Of a DNA stretch of 64,000 bases, positions 41,068 through 50,807 are shown piece after piece. A program made the position numbers and the translations under genes. The notes below the pieces were generated by a model, which was not told the DNA's origin, did not search any database, and saw only the letters and a program-made list of their open reading frames with translations. Positions within the stretch are counted from its first letter, which is position 1. Each line of letters starts with the position of its first letter. Source of the stretch: an uncultured delta proteobacterium (GTDB taxonomy: Bacteria > Myxococcota_A > Polyangia > Fen-1088); NCBI GenBank assembly GCA_963796685.1, contig CAWCMR010000025.1, forward strand, positions 1,472,001 through 1,536,000, read 5' to 3'.

Positions 41068-41757
41068 TTAGTCGGTGTAGAAGAAGAGCGAGCCGAGGTA
41101 GTTCACGTTGTTGACCGCAAAGTCCACGGTCCAGGGAGTTCCTTGCTTCTGGAAGTCGATGAAGCTGAAGCCTGCGGAAACACCCATCGAGAACCAGCGC
41201 GCAAAGAAGTGCTCCACGCCGACTTGGACGGGAACGAAGATCTCGATTTGCGTGGCAGTCTGATCTCCGCCCGGGAAGAGCGGCGTAGCCTGGTTCTTCG
41301 CAAAGCCCAAGCCAAGGCCGACGCCTGCGCTCAATCGAGTCGAGGCACCCTTGAGCAGAGTGAAATCGGCGAGCACCGAGGGCTTGAACCTCCAGGCCGT
41401 ATCCGCGCCCTTCGCCTTGAAGATGTTCAGGTCGAGGCGTGGGATGATCGCCATGGCATCGCTCATCCAGTACTTCATTGCAACGGTATCGTCGGTCTTG
41501 ACGACGCTGCTGCCGGCAACTACGCCGACGCCGAAGCCGACCGAGCCGGTCATGTCGTCAGAGGCCTTGGGGGCCATCACGGGAGCTGCCGGCATCACCG
41601 GCATCGCTTCCTGGGCCGGAGCTGGCGCCATCATGGGAGCCGGAGCCGGCGCATACATCGGGGCCGGGGCCGGGGCCTGCGCGAAGGCAGGGACCGCTGC
41701 GCCGAGAAGCGATGCAACTGCAGTCGAGGAGATGAGAAAGAGTCTCGTACGTGTCAT
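41068..41757 (-). CDS. Outer-membrane beta-barrel protein with Ala/Pro-rich N-terminus
   Basis: AAGGA RBS, signal peptide PAFA, APAP linker, GVEHFF, terminal LFFYTD. Confidence 0.75.
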   Translation of the reverse strand: MTRTRLFLISSTAVASLLGAAVPAFAQAPAPAPMYAPAPAPMMAPAPAQEAMPVMPAAPVMAPKASDDMTGSVGFGVGVVAGSSVVKTDDTVAMKYWMSDAMAIIPRLDLNIFKAKGADTAWRFKPSVLADFTLLKGASTRLSAGVGLGLGFAKNQATPLFPGGDQTATQIEIFVPVQVGVEHFFARWFSMGVSAGFSFIDFQKQGTPWTVDFAVNNVNYLGSLFFYTD

Positions 41758-41918
41758 TGATTTCCTTCTTTCGGTTGATGGGATGAGTTGAAGTCTTGCG
41801 ACCTGCTTTGACGCGTCCATGTGTCCTACATCAACACACATGCGTATTTTCTAGCCTGATTCCTGGTAACTGTCACGTTTCCAGAATGACGCCAGGTTTC
41901 TAGGGCCTGGGTGACCTG

Positions 41919-41958
41919 CGTCGGTCGGTCCAGGCTACGTCGGTCGGTCCGGGCTACG
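41919..41958. repeat. 19-bp tandem duplication after the leuD stop
   Basis: CGTCGGTCGGTCC(A/G)GGCTA twice. Confidence 0.6.
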
Positions 41959-42568
41959 CGAAGTTGCCGAAGTAGCCGAGCAACTTGGCTCGGGCTTTCA
42001 CCTGCTCCGCGGCTTCGAGTAGCTCCGCGGTCGAATCCCAGCGACCCGTGAGGAACTGCTGGCGCATGCCATCGGCCATCTCGAACGAATAGGTCTTGCC
42101 CGCAGCCGCGATCGACTTGTCCGCCAGACTTACTTGGATAGCTGTCGCCGGATTGGATTCGACCGCGGCCATCAGCGCCTCGGCCACGTCCTGCGAGACC
42201 TTGCAGCAGGGCATGCCGATGGCCACGCAGTTGCCGATGAAGATCTCGGCGAAGCTCTCGCCGAGGACGACCTTGATGCCCCAGCGGTGGATGGCCTGTG
42301 GCGCGTGCTCGCGCGACGAACCGCAGCCGAAGTTCTTGTTCACCAGCAGCACGCTCGCCCCGTGGTAGGCCTTGTTGTCGAAGGCGTGGCAGCAGCCGCT
42401 GGCGGCGAGCTGGGCGCGGTCATCCTCGAAGGCGTGCTCGCCCAGACCGTCGAACACGACGGTGCGCAGGTAGCGCGCGGGGATGATGCGGTCGGTGTCG
42501 ATGTCGTTGCCGCGCAGGGGAATCGCCCGGCCGGTGAAGAGATTGCGTTTGACGTCTTCCATGATCAT
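41954..42568 (-). CDS. leuD: 3-isopropylmalate dehydratase small subunit
   Basis: [30 protein letters not shown]. Confidence 0.9.
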   Translation of the reverse strand: MIMEDVKRNLFTGRAIPLRGNDIDTDRIIPARYLRTVVFDGLGEHAFEDDRAQLAASGCCHAFDNKAYHGASVLLVNKNFGCGSSREHAPQAIHRWGIKVVLGESFAEIFIGNCVAIGMPCCKVSQDVAEALMAAVESNPATAIQVSLADKSIAAAGKTYSFEMADGMRQQFLTGRWDSTAELLEAAEQVKARAKLLGYFGNFA

Positions 42569-42572
42569 CTCC

Positions 42573-43988
42573 TTAGCGAATATCGAAAACCTTGCGCGCG
42601 TCCGCGACCTGGCCGGTGACGGCCGCGGCGGCCACCATGAGCGGGCTCATGAGCAGGGTGCGCCCCTGCGGCGAGCCCTGCCGGCCCTTGAAGTTGCGGT
42701 TCGACGACGAAGCACAAATTTCCCGGCCCTTGAGCTTGTCCGGGTTCATGGCCAGGCACATCGAGCAGCCGGCCTCGCGGAACGCGAAGCCGGCGTCGGC
42801 GAAGACCTTGTCCCAGCCACGCGCCAGCATGTCGTTGCGCACCTGCTCGGAACCCGGCACCACCAGGGCGCGCACGTTGGCCTGCACCTTGTGCTTGCCG
42901 GACCGAAGGACTTTGACCACCTCTTCGAAGTCGGACAGGCGGCCGTTGGTGCACGAGCCGATGAAGGCCACGTCGATCTTGGTGCCCGCGATGGGCTGGC
43001 CGGGCGAAAAGTCCATGTACGCGTAGGCCTCGCGTACGGATTCGCGCTCGTCTTCCTTGAAGGCGTCGACGGAGGGAATGGCCGCGTCCACGGCCACCGA
43101 TTGCGCGGGCTTGATGCCCCAGGTGACCACGGGCGGGATGTCCTCGGCCTGGATGCGAACCACGTCGTCGAACTTGGCGCCCGGATCGCTCTTGATGCTG
43201 TCCCAGTACGCAAGCGCGCGCTCCCACGCGGCGCCCTTGGGCGCGTACTCGCGGCCCTTCAAGTAGTCGTAGGTCGTCTGATCGGGATTCACGTACCCGC
43301 AGCGCGCGCCGCCCTCGATGCTCATGTTGCAGACGGTCATGCGCTCGTCCATGGTGAAGCGGTCGAACACCTCGCCGGCGTACTCGTAGGCGAAGCCCAC
43401 GCCGCCGTTCACGCCCAGCTTCTGGATGACGTAGAGGATCACGTCCTTGGCGTACACGCCGGGCCGCAGGTGTCCGTTCACCTCGATGCGCCGGACTTTG
43501 AGCTTTTCCATGGCCAAGGTTTGCGTCGCCAGCACGTCGCGGATCTGCGAGGTGCCGATGCCGAAGGCCAGGGCGCCGAACGCGCCGTGGGTGGCGGTGT
43601 GCGAATCGCCGCAGCAAATGGTCATGCCGGGCTGGGTGAGGCCACGCTCGGGGCCGACCACGTGCACGATGCCGTTCTCGTTCGCCGTGGGCGAGAAGAA
43701 GCGGATGCCGAAGTCCTTCACGGATTTCTCCAGGCTTTGCAGCATCTCTTCGGCGATGGTGTCCTGGTAGGGGCGCAGCTTGGTGTGCGTCGGCACGATG
43801 TGATCCACCGTGGCAAAGGTCCGCTCGGGGAACATGACCCGAAGCTTGCGCTCGCGGATCATGGCGAACGCCTGCGGCGAGGTGACCTCGTGCAGAAGGT
43901 GCAGGCCCATCAGCAACTGGGCTTGCCCCGACGGCAGCTGGCGGACGACGTGCTTGTCGAAGACCTTTTCGTACAGTGTTTGGGCCAT
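42573..43988 (-). CDS. leuC: 3-isopropylmalate dehydratase large subunit
   Basis: [45 protein letters not shown]. Confidence 0.92.
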   Translation of the reverse strand: MAQTLYEKVFDKHVVRQLPSGQAQLLMGLHLLHEVTSPQAFAMIRERKLRVMFPERTFATVDHIVPTHTKLRPYQDTIAEEMLQSLEKSVKDFGIRFFSPTANENGIVHVVGPERGLTQPGMTICCGDSHTATHGAFGALAFGIGTSQIRDVLATQTLAMEKLKVRRIEVNGHLRPGVYAKDVILYVIQKLGVNGGVGFAYEYAGEVFDRFTMDERMTVCNMSIEGGARCGYVNPDQTTYDYLKGREYAPKGAAWERALAYWDSIKSDPGAKFDDVVRIQAEDIPPVVTWGIKPAQSVAVDAAIPSVDAFKEDERESVREAYAYMDFSPGQPIAGTKIDVAFIGSCTNGRLSDFEEVVKVLRSGKHKVQANVRALVVPGSEQVRNDMLARGWDKVFADAGFAFREAGCSMCLAMNPDKLKGREICASSSNRNFKGRQGSPQGRTLLMSPLMVAAAAVTGQVADARKVFDIR

Positions 43989-43990
43989 GG

Positions 43991-44467
43991 TTACACTTCC
44001 TTCTTCTTCTCTCCGTACTGCTCCAGGTGATTGGAAAGCTGGGTGCCGAACGTCACGAAGCTCTCTACCAGGTGGGGGTCAAGTTTGAGCCAGATCTTTT
44101 CGATGGCCACCTCGCGCTCTTTGCGCAGGGTCTGCATGATGCGCTTGCCCTTGGCGGTCAAGACGTAGGCGCGCTGGCGGCCGTCGGATTTGGACAGCGT
44201 CACGCTGACCAAGTCCTTGTCGAGGAGCTGGCGCAGGGTCTTGGAGACCGCGGCGGCCGAGCTGTCGCGGGTCTTGGCGAACATGCTCGGCATGAAATGC
44301 TCGCGCGAGATCTCCTCGAGCACGCCCCACTGCCCGTCCGAAAGCCCCACCGACAGGGCCAGCTGCTCGCGGCGGCGGCGAAAGGCGTCGGCCAGACGGC
44401 CGAGACAAGCGATGGCCTGGTGGACCAGGACCACCTCCGGCGCGCCCGCGGGCTGCTTGCTTGCCAT
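43991..44467 (-). CDS. MarR-family transcriptional regulator
   Basis: GLSDGQW.VL, AAVS..L..L...LV, DGRQR...LTAKG; stop lies 2 nt from the leuC ATG. Confidence 0.88.
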   Translation of the reverse strand: MASKQPAGAPEVVLVHQAIACLGRLADAFRRRREQLALSVGLSDGQWGVLEEISREHFMPSMFAKTRDSSAAAVSKTLRQLLDKDLVSVTLSKSDGRQRAYVLTAKGKRIMQTLRKEREVAIEKIWLKLDPHLVESFVTFGTQLSNHLEQYGEKKKEV

Positions 44468-44473
44468 GGGACA

Positions 44474-44503
44474 ATAGTTAACCATGGTTAACTATAAAGT
44501 CAA
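44474..44503 (-). promoter_or_regulatory. MarR operator / promoter
   Basis: Perfect 22-bp palindrome ATAGTTAACCATGGTTAACTAT (44474-44495); TTGACT on the minus strand at 44503-44498. Confidence 0.78.
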
Positions 44504-44559
44504 GCAGCAGACTGCTGATGAGGGCACGGAGGCAGAGGAGGTCGCAGAGGCCGCTGTTC

Positions 44560-46176
44560 TTACAGCGCGAGGGCGACGGGAGCCGATGCTTTGTCGTCCA
44601 CCAGCCACGATTCGGAGAGGCTCATCACCGCGACCACGCTCGGCAGGTGGCGAACGCGGGCCCGGGCGGCCAGCTCTCGGCGCTGCAGCACCGCCGCGCC
44701 GGTCAGCAGGGCGCGGGCCAGCGAGGGCGCATCTCGGTTCTCGCTGTCGGCCAGCGCCGTGCCCTGGGTCCAGCGGTTGAGGCCGCCGATGGCCGGACCG
44801 CACCAGACTTGATAGTCGGCTTGGCGGGACTCTTCGCCTATGCGCGCCCAGCGCGAGGACATGCCGAGATACCAGCGAAAACAGAGCGCCATCCGGTGCT
44901 TTTCGTCCACGCGCCCGCGCTCGGCCTCATCGGGCTGGCGCGACATCCAGTAGCGTTCGGTCTCTTGCCAAACCTCGGCGAAGGGACGCTTGAGGATTTG
45001 GGTTTCGACCTTCTTGCGTTCGGGCGCGGGAATGGCGTCGAACGAAGGATAGGTCTTGTACAGCTCGTATAGGCGCTGGGCGCGCTGCGGGTACATGGTG
45101 CCGCGCTTGAGGACTTGCACCTTGCCTCCCATTTCGAACATGTCGGAGGCCGGGCACATGGCTACATCGGCCATGCACGCCTCGGCCAGCATCTGGCGCA
45201 CGCGCGTCGCCGTACCCGATTGTCGGCAGGCCTGATTGATCGAGCCGGTCACGATGTAATCGGCGCCCATGGCGAAGGCGGCGTGAACCGAGAGCGGCTC
45301 ACCGATGCCACCCGCGGCGCCGAGGCGAATTTCGAGGCCGCGCTCCTCGTAGCCGTGTCTCGCCACGGCCTGCTCGCGCTCGTGCAGCATCATGGGCAAG
45401 AGCACGGACAGCGGGCGGCGGTCGGTGTGGCCGCCGCTGTCGGCTTCGCAGGTCAGCTCGCCCGCCATCGGGATCAGCGCGGCCAGGGCGGCCTCGTCTT
45501 CGCTGATCTTGCCGGCGGCGACGAGCTCGGCCAGAAGCGGCGCGGGCGGCGGCGCCAAAAACTGTATCGCCACCTCGGGCCGGCTGACCTTGGCGAAGAC
45601 GTGGTGGGGCACGACGATGCGTCCGTCGGCCGCGCGATGAATGCCCTTCACGCGGTAATGGACCAGCGGCGCGGTGATGGATACGAAGGCCGCGGCCTCC
45701 ACGCGGGTCACGCCGAGCGACAGGTAGAGCTCGACGGTCGCCCACTCGAGCTTTTCGTCATAGTAGTTGTGCAAGAGGTTGATGCCGTAGGACTCGCCGC
45801 CCGGCAGTCGCGCCTGGATCTGGCGGATGGCTTGCTCGATGGCGGGCAGGGGCAGGGCACCTGCGCCGAAGAAGGACAGGAAACCGGCCTGGGCCATGTC
45901 GACGACCAGGTCGACCGAGGCGATGCCGCCTGCCATGGCGCCAGCGACGTAGGCGCAGCGCAGGTTGTGCTCCTTGCGGAACGACGTCGAGCCGAAATGC
46001 TCGATGCGAACGGCCGGAATGACGCCAGCCAAGCCTTCCAAGGTCGACGGGGCACGATCGGTCAGGACGGTGCTGCGGCCCTCCGCCACCGCATAGAGCG
46101 GGCGCTCGATATTACGCAAGGACGCGAGCATGCGGGAAGTGTCATCCGCATGCGCCTGTGAGAATTCGCGTGCCAT
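44560..46176 (-). CDS. pfaD: PfaD-family FMN-dependent enoyl reductase
   Basis: YVAGAMAGGIAS, AKVSRPEVA, EADSGGHTD, GAAGGIG, DMFEMG.KVQVLKRGT, FRWY, DYQVWCGPAIG; start uncertain. Confidence 0.9.
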   Translation of the reverse strand: MAREFSQAHADDTSRMLASLRNIERPLYAVAEGRSTVLTDRAPSTLEGLAGVIPAVRIEHFGSTSFRKEHNLRCAYVAGAMAGGIASVDLVVDMAQAGFLSFFGAGALPLPAIEQAIRQIQARLPGGESYGINLLHNYYDEKLEWATVELYLSLGVTRVEAAAFVSITAPLVHYRVKGIHRAADGRIVVPHHVFAKVSRPEVAIQFLAPPPAPLLAELVAAGKISEDEAALAALIPMAGELTCEADSGGHTDRRPLSVLLPMMLHEREQAVARHGYEERGLEIRLGAAGGIGEPLSVHAAFAMGADYIVTGSINQACRQSGTATRVRQMLAEACMADVAMCPASDMFEMGGKVQVLKRGTMYPQRAQRLYELYKTYPSFDAIPAPERKKVETQILKRPFAEVWQETERYWMSRQPDEAERGRVDEKHRMALCFRWYLGMSSRWARIGEESRQADYQVWCGPAIGGLNRWTQGTALADSENRDAPSLARALLTGAAVLQRRELAARARVRHLPSVVAVMSLSESWLVDDKASAPVALAL

Positions 46177-46536
46177 CGGCGCGATGCCTGCCGGGACGTG
46201 GGGACTCGTCGAGCCTCGCTCGGCGCGAACCACCGCGGGACGGTTCGGAAACCCGCCCAGGGTTTCCACGTCAACAGAATGCAAACCCGCGACAGCCGGT
46301 TCGGGCTGCGCAGGGAACGTTGTGGATTGCAATGATTTGGCCTCGTGGGTTGTCTTCGATGCCGTGTTTCGGCGATGGCGCGCTGGTGTGCAAGAAGCCG
46401 GCCATGGCAAGGCGCGAAGGAGAAGCGCGGTATAGACCCCTAAACGTGACAGGAACAGTCCTGTATGTGCTGCCAACCGCATCAAGACCGCGTAAGCGGT
46501 TGCGCACTTGTGCGGACAAGGTGCGCAGACGGTTTC

Positions 46537-46935
46537 CTAGGAACGACGCTTCCAGTCGACGATGGCTTCCAACACTGGCAGCAGGCGAGCGCGGTCGGCC
46601 GCCGGGAAACCGCGCACGATTGCGACGGCGGGATCCTCATATCCCTTGGAGGGCGGATCCGGAAGAATCCTGCGCAACAGCTCCGACGGTGCGCAGGACA
46701 AGGCTCGGGCGAGCAGCGTGAAAAGCGCCAAGCTCGGGACTTGCTGCCCGCGCTCGATCTTGCCGATGGTCGTCGTGTGCACGCCCGCGCGCTCGGCAAG
46801 GTGTTCCTGGGTGAGGTGCTGGGCCTCTCGCTCCGCGACGACAATGGCGGCCAGCCGCTCTCGAATCTGGTCTTCGAGCGCGAGCTGATTGGGGCTGGGT
46901 TGAAAGCCACCCCGCGGGACCTTGGCACGAGCCAT
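46537..46935 (-). CDS. XRE-family HTH regulator
   Basis: R....LTQEHLAERAGVHTTTIGKIERG...PSL..LARAL. Confidence 0.85.
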   Translation of the reverse strand: MARAKVPRGGFQPSPNQLALEDQIRERLAAIVVAEREAQHLTQEHLAERAGVHTTTIGKIERGQQVPSLALFTLLARALSCAPSELLRRILPDPPSKGYEDPAVAIVRGFPAADRARLLPVLEAIVDWKRRS

Positions 46936-47053
46936 GGAGATTTCAGACTAGGAAGCGGATCGGCTTGCCACCAGAGACGATTCGCTATAGGACAATGACG
47001 ATCGGGTAGACGAGGAAGACCAACGGCGAGGTTCGTCGCCGCGGGGGGCGGCC

Positions 47054-47258
47054 ATGCACATACGAGAAATTGTGGTTCCCTTCTCCGAGGAGGAGATCGA
47101 GCGGTTGACCGAGATTGCCGCGGCAGAGGGTGGAATCCATTGCCGACTTCATCCGGGCCTATGTCTTCGGCTCCTCGCGCAGCGACCTGGCGGCGATGGT
47201 CGCGCGCCTCGAAGGCGAGCGCATCCGGGCGCGCGGAAGAGGCTGGGAAGGGGAGTGA
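47054..47258 (+). CDS. Small ribbon-helix-helix-like protein, apparent frameshift near 47130
   Basis: MHIREIVVPFSEEEIERLTEIAAAEG joins ESIADFIRAYVFGSSRSDLAAMVARLEGERIRARGRGWEGE after a 1-nt correction. Confidence 0.5.
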
Positions 47259-48612
47259 GGCGGCTCAAGTGGCCGCTGCCCTGTCCTCGGTCTGGAGCTT
47301 CCGATTCGGCGCTTTGCCTACGGAAGGGCGCCAGCCACGCGATGACGACGGGTGGCACGGACGCCGCAAGGACGAACGCGAAGAACATCGGGTAGTGCAG
47401 CGCGGTCTGGATGCGGCCGCTGACCATTCCGGTCAACATCATGTTCAGGGCCATGATGCCCGTGGCAAAAGCATAGTGGGCCGTGCGGTAGCGGCCGGGC
47501 GACAGCTCTTGCATCATGTACAGCATCATGCCGACGGTGCCGAGGCCGTAACCGAATTTCTCGATGAGCACCACACCCCCTATCCAGGTCAGGTTCGTGG
47601 GCATGGCGTGGCTCAGGTAAAAATAGGTGATGTGCGGGATATTGAGCGCGAAGGCCAGGACCACGAAGATGCGGCGAAGGGTGAATTTGGCCGCCAGCAG
47701 TCCGCCCAGCAGGGTTCCGGCCACGAAGACCACGGTGCCGATGGCGTTGATGTGGCCAAGCACCATGTTGTCGAGCCCGAGCCCCCCGTCGCTGCGCCTG
47801 TCCATGAGGAAGAGCGGCCCGATCTTTTCGATGAAGCCCTCGGCGAAACGGTAGAAGAAGACCGCCGTGATCATCATCCAGATGCGCGGTTTCTTGAAGA
47901 AGCTGGCCCAAGCGTCGCCGGTGGTGCGCAAGGCCTCTGCCACGTTCGTCGCGGCGTCGGGCGCTTTCGCACCGGGCGGCAGCAGGTAGGAATGCCATAG
48001 AAAGGCCGCGCCCAGGATGGCCGCGATGAACAGCATCACGATCATCCACGCCGTGAACCAGGCGGGGTTCGGACCCGTGGCGGGCGCGGGCTTGCCCGCT
48101 GCGGCCCAGTCGAACAGGATTTTGGTCAGGCTGACGAGCGATCCGGAGACGAGCACGCGGCCGAGGTTCCACGCCGCGCCCTGTACGCCGATGTACAGCG
48201 CCTGCTCCTTGTCCGTCGAGGAGGTCAGGTAGACGCCGTCGCCAGCGATGTCCTGGGTCGCCGAGGCGAAGCCGACGATCCAGAACAGCGCGATGGTCAG
48301 CGGCAGGTAGGACGGCAACTTCAAGGCGAAGGCCAGGCACGCGAAGGTGACCACCATGACGGCCTCCATGGCGAGCACGAAGAACTTCTTGTTGCGAAAC
48401 AGCTCCACCAGGGGCGCCCACAGCGGTTTCACCACCCAGGGCAGGTACATCGCGCCCGTGTAGGCCGCGATGTCGGTGTTGCTGAGGCCAAGGTTCTTGT
48501 ACATGATGGCCGCCACCACCGAGACGGCGATCATGGGCGTGCCCATGGCAAAGTAGAGGCTGGGAACCCAGAGCAGCGGATGGGCGCGTTTTCCCTCGGG
48601 TGGCATGGGCAT
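47149..48612 (-). CDS. MFS transporter, AmpG/RhtX-like
   Basis: LYFAMGTP, LPWVVKPLWAP, SATQDIA.DG, GGLGL, HYAF.T; the true 3' end may be shorter. Confidence 0.85.
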   Translation of the reverse strand: MPMPPEGKRAHPLLWVPSLYFAMGTPMIAVSVVAAIMYKNLGLSNTDIAAYTGAMYLPWVVKPLWAPLVELFRNKKFFVLAMEAVMVVTFACLAFALKLPSYLPLTIALFWIVGFASATQDIAGDGVYLTSSTDKEQALYIGVQGAAWNLGRVLVSGSLVSLTKILFDWAAAGKPAPATGPNPAWFTAWMIVMLFIAAILGAAFLWHSYLLPPGAKAPDAATNVAEALRTTGDAWASFFKKPRIWMMITAVFFYRFAEGFIEKIGPLFLMDRRSDGGLGLDNMVLGHINAIGTVVFVAGTLLGGLLAAKFTLRRIFVVLAFALNIPHITYFYLSHAMPTNLTWIGGVVLIEKFGYGLGTVGMMLYMMQELSPGRYRTAHYAFATGIMALNMMLTGMVSGRIQTALHYPMFFAFVLAASVPPVVIAWLAPFRRQSAESEAPDRGQGSGHLSRLTPLPSLFRAPGCARLRGARPSPPGRCARSRRHRPG

Positions 48613-48690
48613 GGTGTCGGATACGTCTATCAGAAGTCCGGCCACGGCGCGTATTCCATGGCGCGCGGCGATCGATTAGGCTCCAGCGCC

Positions 48691-49149
48691 ATGAGCAACG
48701 AGGATGCTGCCGCCGAGCTGTTCAAATCCTGCAACTGCGCCCAGGCGGTGCTTGGTGCCTTGGGACCGTCCGCCGGGTTGGACGCGAGCGAGTGCTTTCG
48801 CGTCGCCGCGGCTTTCGGTAGCGGCATGGCGCGCATGGGCGTCACGTGTGGAGCGGTGACCGGCGCCATGATGGTGCTGGGCCTGCGCCACGGCGACCGC
48901 CGCATCGAGGAGCCGGGAGCGCGTGCGGCGTTCTACGCCAAGGTGCAGGACTTTGCCGCGCGTTTCACGCGCCGACACGGATCCACCCTCTGTCGCGATC
49001 TGATCCGCTGCGATCTCTCGACGCCCGAGGGACAGAAGGCATTCCACGAGCAGGACATGCACCAGACGATCTGCACGGGCCTCGTGCGCAGCGCGGTGGA
49101 TATCCTGGACGCCATGGAAAGCGAAGCCTCACCCCCGCCCAGAGCCTGA
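48691..49149 (+). CDS. C_GCAxxG_C_C family putative redox protein
   Basis: NCAQAV, FGSGM, TCGAVTGA, C..L, C..LV. Confidence 0.85.
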   Translation: MSNEDAAAELFKSCNCAQAVLGALGPSAGLDASECFRVAAAFGSGMARMGVTCGAVTGAMMVLGLRHGDRRIEEPGARAAFYAKVQDFAARFTRRHGSTLCRDLIRCDLSTPEGQKAFHEQDMHQTICTGLVRSAVDILDAMESEASPPPRA

Positions 49150-49163
49150 TATAGAGACCTTTC

Positions 49164-49877
49164 ATGACTCAAAAGACGGTTGCGCTCATCACGGGTGCGA
49201 ACAAGGGACTTGGGCTCGAGATCGCCCGACAGCTCGGCCAGAAGGGATGGGTCGTGGTGCTCGGCGCGCGCGACGAGGCCAAGGGCGCGGCGGCCGCCAC
49301 CGAGCTGCGCACGCAGGGCATCGAGGCCCACGCTTTGAAGCTTGACGTGACCAAGAGCGAGGACGTGGCCAACCTCCCCGCATTCTTCCAAGAGAAGCTC
49401 GGTCGCCTCGACGTCTTGGTAAACAACGCCGGCGTGTCCGGGGGGCGCGCCGACGACCTGGATACCTTGCGCCGCACGTTCGAGACCAATCTCTTTGGCG
49501 CCGTGGCGGTGACCTACGCGCTCTTGCCGCTGCTCTTGGCCAGCCCGGCCGGCCGCATCGTCAACCATTCCAGTGTGCTCGGCTCGCTGACTTCGCTGCA
49601 GAAGAAGCCCGAAGCGTTCGGCAACTCCGTGACCGCATCGTACACGGCGTCCAAGGCCGCCCTGAACGGCTTCACCGTGGCGCTTGCCCACAAGACGCGC
49701 GGAACCGCGCTCAAGGTCAACTCCGCCCATCCCGGTTGGGTGCGCACCGACATGGGGGGACCCAAGGCCCCCATGAGCATCGTCGACGGCGCCCGGACCG
49801 CCGTTACCCTGGCGACGTTGCCCGCCGATGGGCCATCGGGGCAGTTCTTCCACCTGGGCGAACCGCTGCCCTGGTAG
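49164..49877 (+). CDS. SDR-family oxidoreductase (carbonyl reductase-like)
   Basis: TGANKGLG, NNAG, YTASK, PGWVRTDMGG. Confidence 0.92.
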   Translation: MTQKTVALITGANKGLGLEIARQLGQKGWVVVLGARDEAKGAAAATELRTQGIEAHALKLDVTKSEDVANLPAFFQEKLGRLDVLVNNAGVSGGRADDLDTLRRTFETNLFGAVAVTYALLPLLLASPAGRIVNHSSVLGSLTSLQKKPEAFGNSVTASYTASKAALNGFTVALAHKTRGTALKVNSAHPGWVRTDMGGPKAPMSIVDGARTAVTLATLPADGPSGQFFHLGEPLPW

Positions 49878-49907
49878 CGGCGTCGCCGAAGACGCCATTC
49901 CTCGCGA

Positions 49908-50777
49908 TCAGGACCCGCAGATCAGGGCCAGAACCAGCGTGTCGAGGCCGTTTGATTGGCAGGTGTCGCTCGGGCAATTGCTCGATAGGCACATGTTCGC
50001 GGTCGTGCACGCGGCGCCGTTTTCGCCCTTGGCCGCGCACTGGTTGGTCCCTGCTGCGCAGTAGTTGCCGTCCAAACATTGCTCGTCATCACCGCTCGGG
50101 CAGGGGTTGCCGGCCGCGACCTTGGCGGCGCACTTGTCCGCGCCGGGGTCGCAGAAGGCCGACCTGACGCAGTCTGGTGTGTAACCGCAGCTCGCACCCA
50201 CCACGGCCAGCGCGGTGCAGGTATTGGACTTGCATTGGACGCCGTCGGACGTGTTGCACACCACGATGCGCGGGGCCACATCCGTGGCGTCGGTCGATGA
50301 CGAGGAAAGAAAGAGGTTGCCGTCTTGGGTACCATCACAGGCATCTCCAACCTTGCCCGGCACCTGAACCTGGCACTTTTGGATGAACGCGCTGTTTACG
50401 TACACGCTCGCGCACGCGACCTTGCCATCGCTCGACGGGGCGCAGTCGCTATCGGCGACGCAGACATCGCCAGGTTTCTTGCTGCCCACGCTGCCCGAGA
50501 CGGAATCGCAGGCCGGCGAGCCCAGATTGGTGCAGAAGGTGCCCCCGGCAACCTCGGATTTCATTTCCGCCAGGCACGCATCGCCAGCCTGGGAATTGTA
50601 GGACCCGCCCGACATCATCAGATGGCACATATTGCCATTGCTGGGCAGGCCGGCCTGGCCACAGCACTTGGCGATTTCTGCGCAGAAGCTGTCGGCGAAT
50701 TTCTCGGCGCCGCTCTTGCCACATCCTGGCGAGAACAGGGCGGCCAAGCCTACGAGCACAGGGAACGATGGTTTCAT
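49908..50777 (-). CDS. Cys-rich lipoprotein
   Basis: Lipobox SPGC; more than 30 Cys in G..C....C.....C modules. Confidence 0.78.
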   Translation of the reverse strand: MKPSFPVLVGLAALFSPGCGKSGAEKFADSFCAEIAKCCGQAGLPSNGNMCHLMMSGGSYNSQAGDACLAEMKSEVAGGTFCTNLGSPACDSVSGSVGSKKPGDVCVADSDCAPSSDGKVACASVYVNSAFIQKCQVQVPGKVGDACDGTQDGNLFLSSSSTDATDVAPRIVVCNTSDGVQCKSNTCTALAVVGASCGYTPDCVRSAFCDPGADKCAAKVAAGNPCPSGDDEQCLDGNYCAAGTNQCAAKGENGAACTTANMCLSSNCPSDTCQSNGLDTLVLALICGS

Positions 50778-50807
50778 GGGATCCTTTCTGTACCGCGCGA
50801 CACTACA

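Noticed and set aside
46180-46536. c-di-GMP or other riboswitch upstream of pfaD
   Set aside because: Only isolated hairpins; I could not match the conserved core of a known riboswitch by eye.
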